NCBI GenBank assembly: GCA_965242795.1
Contig: OZ251505.1
Coordinates: forward strand, 3,265,587-3,329,586
From: an uncultured Candidatus Binatia bacterium
GTDB lineage: Bacteria > Desulfobacterota > Binatia > Bin18
Length of the DNA stretch: 64,000 bases
Reading direction: 5' to 3'
Shown one piece after another: positions 46,585 through 56,455 of this stretch. Under the pieces are notes generated by a model. It ran no database searches and was not told where the DNA came from. It saw only the letters and a program-made list of their open reading frames with translations. A program made the position numbers and the translations under genes. Within the stretch, counting starts at the first letter, position 1. Each line of letters opens with the position of its first letter.

Positions 46585-47010
46585 CTATTCGGCGAGCGGG
46601 GTGAAGGAGTCGGTCGTGATGCGGCGGGATTTGAACTTCCACTCATCGCCTACTTTGGCGTATTCGTCGTCGTACCAGCCCGACAGGCGCCACGGTTTGC
46701 CGTCACGCCGCAGGCGGACTTCGACGTAGCAGGTGCCCGTCGCCCGGTCGGGGCCGTCGAGTTCGACCACGTGATTGTGGATGAACGGCCGCGGCTGCAT
46801 CGCGTCCAGGCTGTCGGCGATCATGGCGCGCAAGCCGGCGTGGCCCTGTGCCCCGGGCAGGGAGGGATCGGTGGTCGAGAACGTGCCGTCCTCGGTGAAC
46901 AGGTTCACGTAGCCGTCCAGGTCTTTCTGCCAGACGCAGTGGCAGTAGCGGACGGGCAGGGCGCGGATGGCTTCACGGTCGAGAAGTGCTTGGAGTGCGG
47001 GGTCGGGCAT
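46585..47010 (-). CDS. SnoaL-like / NTF2-fold protein
   Basis: 141 aa; …IRALPVRYCHCVWQKDLDGYVNLFTEDGTFS… is a typical NTF2-like cone. Confidence 0.65.
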   Translation of the reverse strand: MPDPALQALLDREAIRALPVRYCHCVWQKDLDGYVNLFTEDGTFSTTDPSLPGAQGHAGLRAMIADSLDAMQPRPFIHNHVVELDGPDRATGTCYVEVRLRRDGKPWRLSGWYDDEYAKVGDEWKFKSRRITTDSFTPLAE

Positions 47011-47172
47011 GGGAGCCTCCGGGGATTGGGGAATTGTGGATTTTTGATTGCGGTGTGCTGAGCCTGTCGAAGCATGGATCGTGGATTTTCGATTGCGATG
47101 CGCTGAGCCTGCGGTGCCTTGAGCGTGTCGAAAGGCCGAAGCGTGGATTGCCGGGGAGCGGAGGAAGGCGGC

Positions 47173-47973
47173 TTACTCGGGGAGGAAGGAGGGGCTGCCG
47201 GTCTTGGCCGTCTGGCCGCCGTCGGCCACGAACGCGGCGCCGGTCACGAAGGACGCCAAGTCGGAGGCGAGGAACAGGATGACGTTCGCCATTTCTTCAG
47301 GCTTGCCCAGCCGGCCCATCGGAATGCCTTGGGCGATCCGGTCGGCGAAACCGGGCAGTTGCAGCGCGGGCGCGATCAGCGGGGTGTCGATCGCCCCGGG
47401 ACAGATGCAGTTGGCGCGGATGCCGTGGCGCGCGTACTCGATGGCGACGACGCGCGTCAGGTTGATGACGCCGGCCTTGGCCGCGTTGTACGCCGCAATG
47501 CCGTAGTCGGCGCGCAGGCCGGAAATCGACGCGGTGTTGACGATGGCGCCGCCGCCGGTTTTGCGCATGACCGGGATGGCCGCCTTCATGGCCTTGAAGA
47601 CCGAGGACAGGCCGAGGTCGATCATGTTGTCCCAGATGCCGTCGTCCAGGTCCGCGGTGCGCGCGGCCACGGCGTTGGTACCTTGCGGAGAGGGCAGGCC
47701 GAACGCGTTGTTGTGCAGAAAGTCGAGCCGGCCGAACGTGTCGGCCGTGTGGGCGATCATCCGCTCGACGTCGGCCTGCTTGGTGACGTCGGCGACGATC
47801 GGCTCGGCTTTGCCGCCCGCGGCCGTGATTTCGGAGACGACCGCCGCGGTGTTCCGTTCGTTGATGTCGGCCACGCCGACCGCGCCCCCGCGGTGCGCGA
47901 ACCCCATGGCGGTCGCCCGCCCGATGCCCGACGCCGCGCCCGTGACCAGTCCGACCTTGCCGTTGAAATCCAT
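47173..47973 (-). CDS. Short-chain dehydrogenase/reductase (SDR)
   Basis: GKVGLVTGAASGIGRATA (TGxxxGxG) and catalytic Y/K context (…AAYNAAKAGV…); 266 aa. Confidence 0.9.
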   Translation of the reverse strand: MDFNGKVGLVTGAASGIGRATAMGFAHRGGAVGVADINERNTAAVVSEITAAGGKAEPIVADVTKQADVERMIAHTADTFGRLDFLHNNAFGLPSPQGTNAVAARTADLDDGIWDNMIDLGLSSVFKAMKAAIPVMRKTGGGAIVNTASISGLRADYGIAAYNAAKAGVINLTRVVAIEYARHGIRANCICPGAIDTPLIAPALQLPGFADRIAQGIPMGRLGKPEEMANVILFLASDLASFVTGAAFVADGGQTAKTGSPSFLPE

Positions 47974-47994
47974 ACCGTGCCCTCCTGTGTGCCG

Positions 47995-49119
47995 TTAGGC
48001 TTCGTCCAACTGGAACAGCCGTGCGGCGTTGTCCCAGAACAGTTTGCGTTTGGACTCCTCCGGGATGGGCTGGTCCAGCATGGCCTTGACCCCCCACGGA
48101 TAGGTGCCGTCCGGGTGCGGATAGTCGGAGTCCCAGGTGAAGTTGTCGTCGCCGACCAGTTCGACCGCGGCGCGCATGGTCGGCTCGTCGCCGCGGAAGC
48201 CCACGCACACGTTGCGTTTGAAGTATGCGGTGGGCGGGCGGGTGAGGTATTCGTGCTCGGCGTTGCCGCTGAAGTTCCAGTGCTGTTCCATGCGTTGCAG
48301 CCAGTACGGGGTCCAGCCGCCGTCGCCCTCGACGTGGATGACCTTGAGGGCGGGGAAGCGTTCGAAGATGCCGAACCAGATCAGGCCGGCCATGGCGGCC
48401 ATGGCCTCGAACGGATGCGACAGGATGTGCCCCGCGGTGTGCGTGTCCATGCGGTCGCCGAACGACGGGACCGACGCCGAGGCCGAGTCGTGGGTCGAGA
48501 TGGGCTTGCCCAGCCGTTCGATGGTGGCCCACAGCGGATGGTAATCCTCATGCCACAAGGTGCGGCCGCCGACCGGGTTGGGCCGCATGTAGAAGCTGAC
48601 GCAGCCCGCGGCCGCGGCGCGTTCGGCCTCGGCCACGGCTTCGTTCGGCTCCTGCATAGGGAGCGCCGCGGCCCAGCGCAGGCGCTTGGGATCTTCGGCC
48701 GTATAGTCCGCGGCCCAGTTGTTGTAGGCGCGGCAGCACGCGGCGAGCAGCTTGGTGTCGCGGAACTCGCGGCCCAGCATCTGGCCGGCGTAGGTCGGGT
48801 ACATGATCTGCACGTCGACGCCCTGTTCGTCCATGTCCATGAGCCGGCTCTCGGCGCTGAAGCCCGTGTCCTTGGCCCGCTGAAAGCGATCCATGGCGGT
48901 CATGGCGGCCTTGAGGAACGCCTTGGCCGCCATGGGGTACTTCCCCTTTTCGCGGGTGAACGACTCGCCCTCGACGAGGAACGCGCGCCGCCCGGAACCG
49001 GGCGCTTCGCCCATGCGCGGCGCCTGCGCCTTGTAGGCGTCTTCCATGTGACGCTCCCACAGCCAGTCCGGCTCCATCATGTGGGAGTCGGTATCGGCGA
49101 TCTTGAATCCGTCCCGCAT
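47995..49119 (-). CDS. Amidohydrolase-2 family metal-dependent hydrolase/decarboxylase (ACMSD-like)
   Basis: N-terminal …IADTDSHMMEP… (metal-binding H-x-H-like start); TIM-barrel amidohydrolase_2 length of 374 aa. Confidence 0.8.
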   Translation of the reverse strand: MRDGFKIADTDSHMMEPDWLWERHMEDAYKAQAPRMGEAPGSGRRAFLVEGESFTREKGKYPMAAKAFLKAAMTAMDRFQRAKDTGFSAESRLMDMDEQGVDVQIMYPTYAGQMLGREFRDTKLLAACCRAYNNWAADYTAEDPKRLRWAAALPMQEPNEAVAEAERAAAAGCVSFYMRPNPVGGRTLWHEDYHPLWATIERLGKPISTHDSASASVPSFGDRMDTHTAGHILSHPFEAMAAMAGLIWFGIFERFPALKVIHVEGDGGWTPYWLQRMEQHWNFSGNAEHEYLTRPPTAYFKRNVCVGFRGDEPTMRAAVELVGDDNFTWDSDYPHPDGTYPWGVKAMLDQPIPEESKRKLFWDNAARLFQLDEA

Positions 49120-49219
49120 CGGTCTTCCCTCCGTAGGCTCGTTCAGAAACGAGGGCCGACTATAGAAGCCGGGGCGTGTGGCTGTAAAGGAAGCCGCAGG
49201 CTCGCGAAGGCCGGGTGGG

Positions 49220-49636
49220 TCAGCGTGTCTCGAAAGGATTGATGACGGAGAGAGGAAACGCGGTGACGTGTCTGACGTTTCGGGTCACGAGCGTCATGCC
49301 GTGTACCTTGGCCGTGGCGGCCAGCAGGCGGTCGGTGGGATGGTGGGCATTCAGGACCGCTAAACGCCCCCACTCGTCGGCAACGAGGTGGTCAATGGGA
49401 AGGAGGCGAGCAGCGTATTCCGTTTGCAGCCGAGTCAATATGCGGTCGAGCGCCGTGGCCCGGTTCCGGTCGGACTGGCGTTTGAGTTCGACGCCCTTCC
49501 GGATTTCACCGAGTGTGACGACGCTCAGGTACAGGTCGTCTTCGTTGCGCTGCGCGTACCAGGCAGCAACGGCGGGGTGCGGTGTGGTTTTGGCAATCTC
49601 GGAAATGACGTTGGTGTCGAGCAGATACGACATCAT
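49220..49636 (-). CDS. vapC: Type II toxin VapC (PIN-domain ribonuclease)
   Basis: MMSYLLDTNVISE… (PIN Asp-4 motif LLDTNV); 138 aa; 4-nt overlap with the upstream antitoxin gene. Confidence 0.85.
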   Translation of the reverse strand: MMSYLLDTNVISEIAKTTPHPAVAAWYAQRNEDDLYLSVVTLGEIRKGVELKRQSDRNRATALDRILTRLQTEYAARLLPIDHLVADEWGRLAVLNAHHPTDRLLAATAKVHGMTLVTRNVRHVTAFPLSVINPFETR

Positions 49637-49884
49637 TCCGTGCCGAGCGAAACGTCTCGGTCCGACGCCTCGTCCCGCTCCAGGTTCAGACCTTCCAGCG
49701 GCAACGACCGAAGAAATTCCTTGAACGGTACGCTCGGTTTACTCGTGCGCTGGTACTCGTCGGCGGCCATGACGACGACGGCTCTGCGATCGTGCCGAGT
49801 GACGTATTGCGGCCCTTCCGTCAGGGCTTCATCGACTAGGAGGCCGAACTTGTTCTTCGCTTCCTGCAACGACCATTCCCGCAT
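49633..49884 (-). CDS. Type II antitoxin, Phd/YefM family (VapB-position partner)
   Basis: MREWSLQEAKNKFGLLVDEALTEGPQYVTRHDRRAVVVMAADEY is a Phd/YefM fold signature. Start chosen at MREW (track ORF starts 12 nt upstream). Confidence 0.75.
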   Translation of the reverse strand: MREWSLQEAKNKFGLLVDEALTEGPQYVTRHDRRAVVVMAADEYQRTSKPSVPFKEFLRSLPLEGLNLERDEASDRDVSLGTE

Positions 49885-49986
49885 ACCACCTCCCAATCTG
49901 ACTGCTGGGAGAACCCTACGAGGGTTCTCCCAGGTTCGTAAAGCGCACGGGCTGAAACTTTTCCTCGTTCTCGCCAGCTTCTCGTT

Positions 49987-50880
49987 TCAGGCGGAGGCCG
50001 GGGCGGACGGCTCGATGGTGAACGGCACGTCGAGGGTGGTGACGCGGCGCAGCTCACGGCGGTGCTGCGTGTCCGGGTAGGGCCGGGCACGGTGCATGGT
50101 GGCGCGGTTGTCGTAGAGGACCAGGTCGCCGACGTGCCACGCGTGGCGGTACACGTACTCCGGTTTGGTGGCGTGCTCGATCAGGTCGAGCAGCAGCAGG
50201 CGCCCCTCCGGCAGCGGCCAGTCCAGAATTTTCGAGACGTGTGCGGCGATGTACAGCGCCTTACGGCCGGTGCGCGGCAAGGTGCGGATCAGCGGTTGGA
50301 CGGCGCCTTTGAGGATGTCCTGTTCTCGTTCCGAGAAGGTGAACCCGAGGATTTCGCGCGAGTGGGCGATCGAGTGATGCGCGCGCAGCCCTTCGAGTTG
50401 CGCCTTCATCTCGTCCGACAGGCTGTCATAGGCAGCGCGCATGTCGGCGTATTCCGTATCCGCACTGACGGGCGGCACCACGCGCGCGAACAGCATGGAG
50501 TAGCGACCGGGCGGGTCCTGGAACGAAGCATCAGTGTGCCACAGCCGGTTGCCGAGGCCGTACATCCGCCGCCGGTCGTCGGCCGGCTGAATGTCGCCCG
50601 TCTCGGTCAGGTTGGACACGTCGGCCAGGGCTTCGTTGCCGAAGCGGCTCTTCTTGAAGGCGCTGATGCCGGTCTTGGTGTGCAGTTCGCCGTCAAGGCG
50701 CCGGGCGAAGGCCAGATGTTCCTCGTCCGTGAAGTGCTGGTCGCGAAAGACGAGCAGGGCGTGTTCGTCCATGCCGGCGCGGATCTCCAACAAGGTCTCC
50801 GTGTCGTGCACGCGGCGCAGGTCCACGGGGCTCGCCTCCGCGGCGAAGTGGGGATTCAGGCGGCGAAACGAGAGTGCCAT
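49987..50880 (-). CDS. TauD/TfdA-family Fe(II)/2-oxoglutarate-dependent dioxygenase
   Basis: Start MALSFRRLNPHFAAE…; …LWHTDASF… (H-x-D facial-triad element) and …ATMHRARPY… (distal His/Arg for 2OG). 297 aa. Confidence 0.8.
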   Translation of the reverse strand: MALSFRRLNPHFAAEASPVDLRRVHDTETLLEIRAGMDEHALLVFRDQHFTDEEHLAFARRLDGELHTKTGISAFKKSRFGNEALADVSNLTETGDIQPADDRRRMYGLGNRLWHTDASFQDPPGRYSMLFARVVPPVSADTEYADMRAAYDSLSDEMKAQLEGLRAHHSIAHSREILGFTFSEREQDILKGAVQPLIRTLPRTGRKALYIAAHVSKILDWPLPEGRLLLLDLIEHATKPEYVYRHAWHVGDLVLYDNRATMHRARPYPDTQHRRELRRVTTLDVPFTIEPSAPASA

Positions 50881-51074
50881 GCGTGGAAGTCCTCCTGTCG
50901 GCGGTGTCCCGCGGCGCGGGATCGGACTGCGTTTCCGACGCCTGCCATACCACATCCGCCCGCGCAAGGACGAGAGAGCCCCGCCTACGAGCCCAACGTT
51001 GACAGCCCGACGACGCCCGGCATAAGGTGCCGCTCGTTTCACAATCCCCGACCGTCGCAGACGAGGAGGACGTC

Positions 51075-51953
51075 ATGGAAATCGGAAAGCTGGGCGTGTG
51101 GTTCTTTCTGGACGGCATGACCGCACCGCAGACCGCGGAATTCGCTCGAACCGTCGAAAAGGCCGGCTACGAAACCCTGTGGATCCCCGAGGCGGTCGGC
51201 CGCGAGCCGTTCGCCCACGCGGCCTATCTGCTCAACAACACCGAAGGCCTGAACATTGCGACCGGCATCGCCAACATCTGGGCGCGCGACGCGTACACCA
51301 TGGCGGCGGCCACGAACACGGTGGCCGAACTGTCCGGCGGCCGGTTCGTGCTGGGCATCGGCGTGAGCCACAAACCGATCGTCGCCAATCTGCGCGGCCA
51401 CGACTACGACAAGCCGTACAGCTACATGAAGGAATACCTGCCCAAGCTGAAGGACGTCTTCTACCAAGCCCCGAAGCCCGCGGAGCCGGCGCCGATCGTC
51501 ATCGCCGCGCTGCATCCCAAGATGCTGGCGCTGTCCGCGGAACAGAGCCGGGGCACGCACACCTACTTCGTCCCGCCCGAACACACGGCCAAGGTCCGCG
51601 AGCAAATCGGCCCCGATCCGTGGATCTGCGCGGCGCAGGCCGTCATCCTGGAAAAGGATGAGACCAAGGCGCGCACGATGGCCCGCCAGTACATGAAAAC
51701 GTACGTCCCGCGGCTCCCCAACTACACCAGGAACCTCAAGAACCTGGGCTGGGGCGACGCGCACTTCGAGAACGGGTGCAGCGACGAACTGGTGGACGCC
51801 ATCGTGGCCTGGGGCAGCGAGGAGCGGATTCGGGACCGCTTCGACGCGCACCTCAAAGCCGGGGCCACGCACGTCTGCTTCCTGCCGATCCGATCGGACG
51901 ACGAATCCCTGCCCGACCTGCGGGCAGTCGAGGCGTTCGGCCCCGGCGCGTAG
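51075..51953 (+). CDS. Luciferase-like monooxygenase (LLM) family, probable F420-dependent oxidoreductase
   Basis: MEIGKLGVWFFLDGMT… (TIGR03620-like N-terminus); RBS gaggaggacgtcATG; 292 aa. Confidence 0.75.
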   Translation: MEIGKLGVWFFLDGMTAPQTAEFARTVEKAGYETLWIPEAVGREPFAHAAYLLNNTEGLNIATGIANIWARDAYTMAAATNTVAELSGGRFVLGIGVSHKPIVANLRGHDYDKPYSYMKEYLPKLKDVFYQAPKPAEPAPIVIAALHPKMLALSAEQSRGTHTYFVPPEHTAKVREQIGPDPWICAAQAVILEKDETKARTMARQYMKTYVPRLPNYTRNLKNLGWGDAHFENGCSDELVDAIVAWGSEERIRDRFDAHLKAGATHVCFLPIRSDDESLPDLRAVEAFGPGA

Positions 51954-52243
51954 CGCGCAGGGGCGATCTGCCGCAATGTTCGAGAGCAGCCGGCTTTCGC
52001 CGGCCGCTCTTTTACGTTCGGGGCCGGGAGCAGTGTCTGCCCCCTCTCCCTTTGGGAGAGGGTCGGGGTGAGGGTTCGTCCGCGGGAGTGACCTGCAACA
52101 TGATCCCACAGGATCTTCCCCAGCTAGTCTATCTCACCCTTCTGGGTTGAAGGCCCTTCGACCTTTCGATCCTTTACTCGTCCCCTTTTCTAGCGGAGCA
52201 GGGAGAGAAAGAAGTGATCTCTCGAACCAACGCTTGGGCGAGT

Positions 52244-53281
52244 CTATTCGCCCGGTTCGTTTACGACCCAGATCCGTTTCAAGGGGAGTTGCGTTTTGAT
52301 CTCTTCATCGAGCTTTTCATAGTTTGTAAGCACTTGGTCTATAATGTCCCCTTGATCCCAAAGACGGACACGGAAAAACTGCGTTGCTTCTTCTCTGTCA
52401 ACGCTGGATTTGAACCCACCCCAAGAGACGAGCAGTCCGTGACCCGCCTGAACATTCTGCATCACCCCGATGAGTTGATCGAGCGTCGGTCTGTCCAGGG
52501 GAGAATCTCCAGACTTGACCTGTACACAAACACGCGGTTGTCCAAAACCCATCGGTTCCGGGGCCGCTAACAGGTCGATGCCTTTGTCGGGTCCCTCCGG
52601 GCTTAAATACGTCGTATATCCCTGTGCACGGAGGACGGCGTCCACGAGCCGCGCCATTCCATGCCCTTTGAAACGAGCGATGATGCGTTTCGTAAGCTGG
52701 TCCCTGGCTGCCTCCTCCAAGTCATTCAATCTTTCGTCGCTCTCCGTGTCTTCGTCCTCTTCTCTTGTGGTCAGAGTAGATATGACACCAGACGGCTTCC
52801 AATTCTTCTCCTCCATTTCGCGGACACGCCGCTCAGCGTCATTCCGGTGTATTCGACAGATAGTCATGATCGCGCCGAAAGAATACAGTAAATCCTGATC
52901 GAAATTGCTCCGCGGGACATCCTGTATGATCCATTCAACGTCTCGATAGTGGTAATAAGGATCCTCTCCGTCTCGATTGAAGACATATTCACCCTTCACC
53001 TTGGCAACATGAATGGCCGATCTCTGCTTGCTTGGAACGATAATCCAATCTCCGAGATGTATTTCTTTACAGAATCTCCATATTTGTCCGACGTTGTTAG
53101 CAATTTTGTGTTTCGATTTATCGGGATAGGTTTTCTCGAACAGGGTGCGAAGCTCCTTCTGGTCTCCCAGCGAGGTCAAATCGTGGGCCAATCCCCTCCA
53201 CGTCAGGTAGATTCTTTTCTCATCCAAGAATTTCTTCTCATGTTCGCCATATCTACCTGTGCGGACTAACCAGAGAGACAT
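52244..53281 (-). CDS. mrr: Mrr-like type IV restriction endonuclease (Mrr_N winged-helix plus Mrr_cat PD-(D/E)xK domain)
   Basis: N-terminal Mrr_N-like region; C-terminal …GIDLLAAPEPMGFGQPRVCVQVK… (D…E/QxK core). ~48% GC island. Confidence 0.75.
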   Translation of the reverse strand: MSLWLVRTGRYGEHEKKFLDEKRIYLTWRGLAHDLTSLGDQKELRTLFEKTYPDKSKHKIANNVGQIWRFCKEIHLGDWIIVPSKQRSAIHVAKVKGEYVFNRDGEDPYYHYRDVEWIIQDVPRSNFDQDLLYSFGAIMTICRIHRNDAERRVREMEEKNWKPSGVISTLTTREEDEDTESDERLNDLEEAARDQLTKRIIARFKGHGMARLVDAVLRAQGYTTYLSPEGPDKGIDLLAAPEPMGFGQPRVCVQVKSGDSPLDRPTLDQLIGVMQNVQAGHGLLVSWGGFKSSVDREEATQFFRVRLWDQGDIIDQVLTNYEKLDEEIKTQLPLKRIWVVNEPGE

Positions 53282-53467
53282 TGGGCATCCTCCTTGCCGC
53301 TTCTCTTTATCTCAATGCCAACTGAGAAACGGGATTCTTTATGCTACTGTTGCCCCGACCGCCCGAATATGGTTCACGTCGGGCTTGAATGCAATAGGCG
53401 TCTCGGGCCGGTATCCTGGGTGGATGTTCCGATGAACGGACGCAATCCCTCCGAGGAGACACATACG

Positions 53468-54742
53468 ATGACCGCACACGGCTACCCCACTTCGGTGGAC
53501 GACATCAACTTATCGGACTGGGAGTTTTGGCGCCGGCCGCTGGCGGAACGCGAGGCCGCGTTCGCGCTGCTGCGCACGCACAAGCCCGTGGCCTTCTACG
53601 AGGAGGGCGAGACGAGCTTCAATATCCCCGGTCCGGGCTATTGGGCGGTCACGCGACATGCCGACGTGGTGTACGCGAGCCTCCACCCGGAGATTTTTTC
53701 GTCCGGGAGCGGGATCACGACCAATGACTTACCGCCGGGCAGTGGCGACGTGTTCGGCTCGATGATCGTGCTGGACGACCCGCGCCACAAACGGCTGCGC
53801 GGGCTGGTCTCGCAGGCGTTCAGTCCCCATCAGTTGCGCAAGGTGAACGAACACGTGGAATCCACTGCGCGGCGAGTCGTGAACGACGTTATCGAACGGG
53901 GGGCATGCGACTTCGTGACGGACGTGGCCGCACCATTCCCCATCCGGATCATCTGTACCATGATGGGCATTCCCGAAAGCGAGCACCAGTTCGTGTTCGA
54001 CAAGACGAACGTCATTTTGGGAGGCGTGGATCCGGAGTACGGCCCACAGGAACTCGCCGAACGGTTCTTCACCGGGGTGACCGCAGCGCGCGAACTGTTC
54101 CAGTTGATGGACGACATGCGCAGGCAGCGGCTCGCGCAGCCGACCGACGATCTGACGTCCGCGCTCGTCCACGCCGAGGTGGAGGGCGACCGGCTGACGG
54201 TGGATGAACTCGGCTCGTTCTTCGTGCTGCTCACCGCGGCGGGCAACGAGACCACGCGTAACGCCATCTCGCACGGCGTGCGCCTGCTGTGCGAACACCC
54301 GGACCAGCGTGCGCTGTGGATGTCGGACTTCGACACATATGCCAAGACCGCGATCGAGGAGATCGTCCGTTACGCCAGCCCGGTCGTGTACATGCGCCGG
54401 ACCACGACTCGTGCGACCGAACTGGGCGGGCAGCCACTCGACGAAAGCGCAAAGGTCCTGCTCTACTACGCCTCGGCCAACCGCGACCCGGATGTATTCG
54501 ACGACCCGGACACGTTCGACATCACGCGGCAGAAGAACGAACACGTGGGCTTCGGCGTCGGCCCGCACTTCTGCCTGGGCGCCAATCTGGCACGGCGCGA
54601 AATGACGGTCATGTTCCGGGAATTATTCCAGCGGATTCCCGACCTGCAGATCGCGGGCGAGCCTGAACGTCTGCTGACCAACTTTCTGAACGCGGTCAAA
54701 CACATGCCGTGCGAGTTCACCCCCGGTCCGGCGGTGAACTGA
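53468..54742 (+). CDS. Cytochrome P450
   Basis: Haem-binding loop FGVGPHFCLGANLARRE, EXXR (…EEIVRYASP…), I-helix …LLTAAGNETT…; 424 aa from the ATG at 53468. Confidence 0.9.
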   Translation: MTAHGYPTSVDDINLSDWEFWRRPLAEREAAFALLRTHKPVAFYEEGETSFNIPGPGYWAVTRHADVVYASLHPEIFSSGSGITTNDLPPGSGDVFGSMIVLDDPRHKRLRGLVSQAFSPHQLRKVNEHVESTARRVVNDVIERGACDFVTDVAAPFPIRIICTMMGIPESEHQFVFDKTNVILGGVDPEYGPQELAERFFTGVTAARELFQLMDDMRRQRLAQPTDDLTSALVHAEVEGDRLTVDELGSFFVLLTAAGNETTRNAISHGVRLLCEHPDQRALWMSDFDTYAKTAIEEIVRYASPVVYMRRTTTRATELGGQPLDESAKVLLYYASANRDPDVFDDPDTFDITRQKNEHVGFGVGPHFCLGANLARREMTVMFRELFQRIPDLQIAGEPERLLTNFLNAVKHMPCEFTPGPAVN

Positions 54743-54793
54743 CGTCCGGCGGCTTCCGCTGTTCGGCGATGCCCGAACCGCGCACCGCGTCCG

Positions 54794-55216
54794 CTACAAC
54801 TCGGGCGGGGCCAGGATCGTGAAGCCGAAGAACGACTCGTCGCCCGTGCGCAGCGAGTGTGGGGCGCCTGCGGGAATCATCAACAGATCGCCTCCGGTGA
54901 GTTCCTGTTCCCGACCCGACACGCGCGCGGTGGCGCTGCCCTCGATGACGTAGATGATCTGGTCGCCCTTGTGGGTGTTCTCCTTGTCGCCGGCGTAGCC
55001 CGCGGGCAGTGTGAACGCGACCGTTTGGGTCAGCGGCGTCTGCTGGAGCTTGGCGAAATCCTTGCCCTTGTGACCGAGCACGTTGTGTACGTCCAAGCCG
55101 TGGCCGGCGCCGTTCGTGCCGAGCGTCCGCATTTCTTCCTCGAACAGCGCGTCCGAAATGAGTCCCTTGCGGTACGCCTTGAGCAACTGCTTCACCTCGA
55201 AGTCCTTGTTCGCCAT
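54794..55216 (-). CDS. Cupin-domain protein
   Basis: …GDQIIYVIEGSATARVSG…LLMIPAGAPHSL… is a two-motif cupin barrel; 140 aa. Confidence 0.75.
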   Translation of the reverse strand: MANKDFEVKQLLKAYRKGLISDALFEEEMRTLGTNGAGHGLDVHNVLGHKGKDFAKLQQTPLTQTVAFTLPAGYAGDKENTHKGDQIIYVIEGSATARVSGREQELTGGDLLMIPAGAPHSLRTGDESFFGFTILAPPEL

Positions 55217-55411
55217 GTGTCCCCGCCCTCCTTTGAGAATGAACCGGTGGATCGTCTGCCTTCGGCCTTACCGACGCGCCATGCGAAAAGCAAGGCTCGA
55301 ATCTCCCGATTCCTGAAGCGGTCGAGTGGCGTTCGTGTTGCGGATACAGGGGCGATCAACGTAGGCTCGCCGGGAGCGAGAGCATTTACCGCCGCACGAG
55401 GGGAACACGTC

Positions 55412-56410
55412 ATGCCGCACGCCATGCAATACACGACGCTGGGCCGTACCGGGCTGAAGGTCAGCGTGGCCGGTCTGGGCTGCGGCGGCCATAGCCGACT
55501 CGGACAGGAGACCGGCAAGACGGAACGCGAGTCCATCGCGTTGGTGCGGCACGCGATCGATCTGGGTATCAACGTCATCGACACGGCCGAAGTGTACCGA
55601 ACCGAGCACATCGTCGGCGAAGCCATCCGCGATGTGGTTCGTGACCGGCTCGTGATTTCCACCAAGAAACTCTGCCCCAAGCCGGACGGCGACGACCCCG
55701 TGGGCGAACTCCGCCACGGCGTGGAACGCAGCCTCCAGCGGCTCCAGACCGACTACGTCGACGTGTTCTATCTGCACGGCGTGCGCGCCAAACAGTACGC
55801 CTACGCCCGCGACACGCTTTATCCCGAGCTGGCCCGCTTGCGGGAGCAGGGGAAGCTGCGTTTCATCGGCGTGACCGAGGCGTTCATCCCCGACCCGCAG
55901 CACGCCATGGCCCGATTGGCGCTGCAGGACAACTGTTGGGACGTAATGATGATCGGTTTCAACGTGTTGAACCAGTCGGCGCGCGACCGGGTCTTTCCGC
56001 TCACGCAGGCCAAGCAGGTTGGCACGATGGGGATGTTCGCCGTCCGTAACGCGTTCAGCCGGCCGGACGACCTGATCCGGATTCTTGCCGAACTCCGCGA
56101 CCGGAATCAGATCGACGTGACGCTGTGCGAGACCGGAAACCCACTCGGCTTTCTGACCGAGAATGGCAAAGCCGCCACGCTGCCCGAAGCGGCCTATCGC
56201 TACTGCCGACACGAGCCGGGCCTGGACCTCGTGCTGACCGGCACCGGCAGTATCGAACATCTCGAAGCCAACGTCGCCGCGCTGCTCAAGGGGCCGCTGC
56301 AGCGAGAGGACCGGACGCATTTGGCCGAGATGTTCGGGCGCGTCGATTCCGCGTCCGGAGACTACGGCGAGTTCTGGGCAACGCGCAGTACCGTTACCGG
56401 CAAACGGTAG
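55412..56410 (+). CDS. Aldo/keto reductase
   Basis: MPHAMQYTTLGRTGLKVSVAGLGCGG…DTAEVY… (AKR catalytic tetrad context); 332 aa from the internal ATG. Upstream part of the track ORF rejected. Confidence 0.85.
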   Translation: MPHAMQYTTLGRTGLKVSVAGLGCGGHSRLGQETGKTERESIALVRHAIDLGINVIDTAEVYRTEHIVGEAIRDVVRDRLVISTKKLCPKPDGDDPVGELRHGVERSLQRLQTDYVDVFYLHGVRAKQYAYARDTLYPELARLREQGKLRFIGVTEAFIPDPQHAMARLALQDNCWDVMMIGFNVLNQSARDRVFPLTQAKQVGTMGMFAVRNAFSRPDDLIRILAELRDRNQIDVTLCETGNPLGFLTENGKAATLPEAAYRYCRHEPGLDLVLTGTGSIEHLEANVAALLKGPLQREDRTHLAEMFGRVDSASGDYGEFWATRSTVTGKR

Positions 56411-56455
56411 CCCGGCCCCGTTTCTTCTCGAAAGAACCGGGTGTTGCCGAACGCC

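Noticed and set aside
47119-49242. 707-aa + strand ORF
   Set aside because: Antisense to the SDR and amidohydrolase genes; low-complexity translation.
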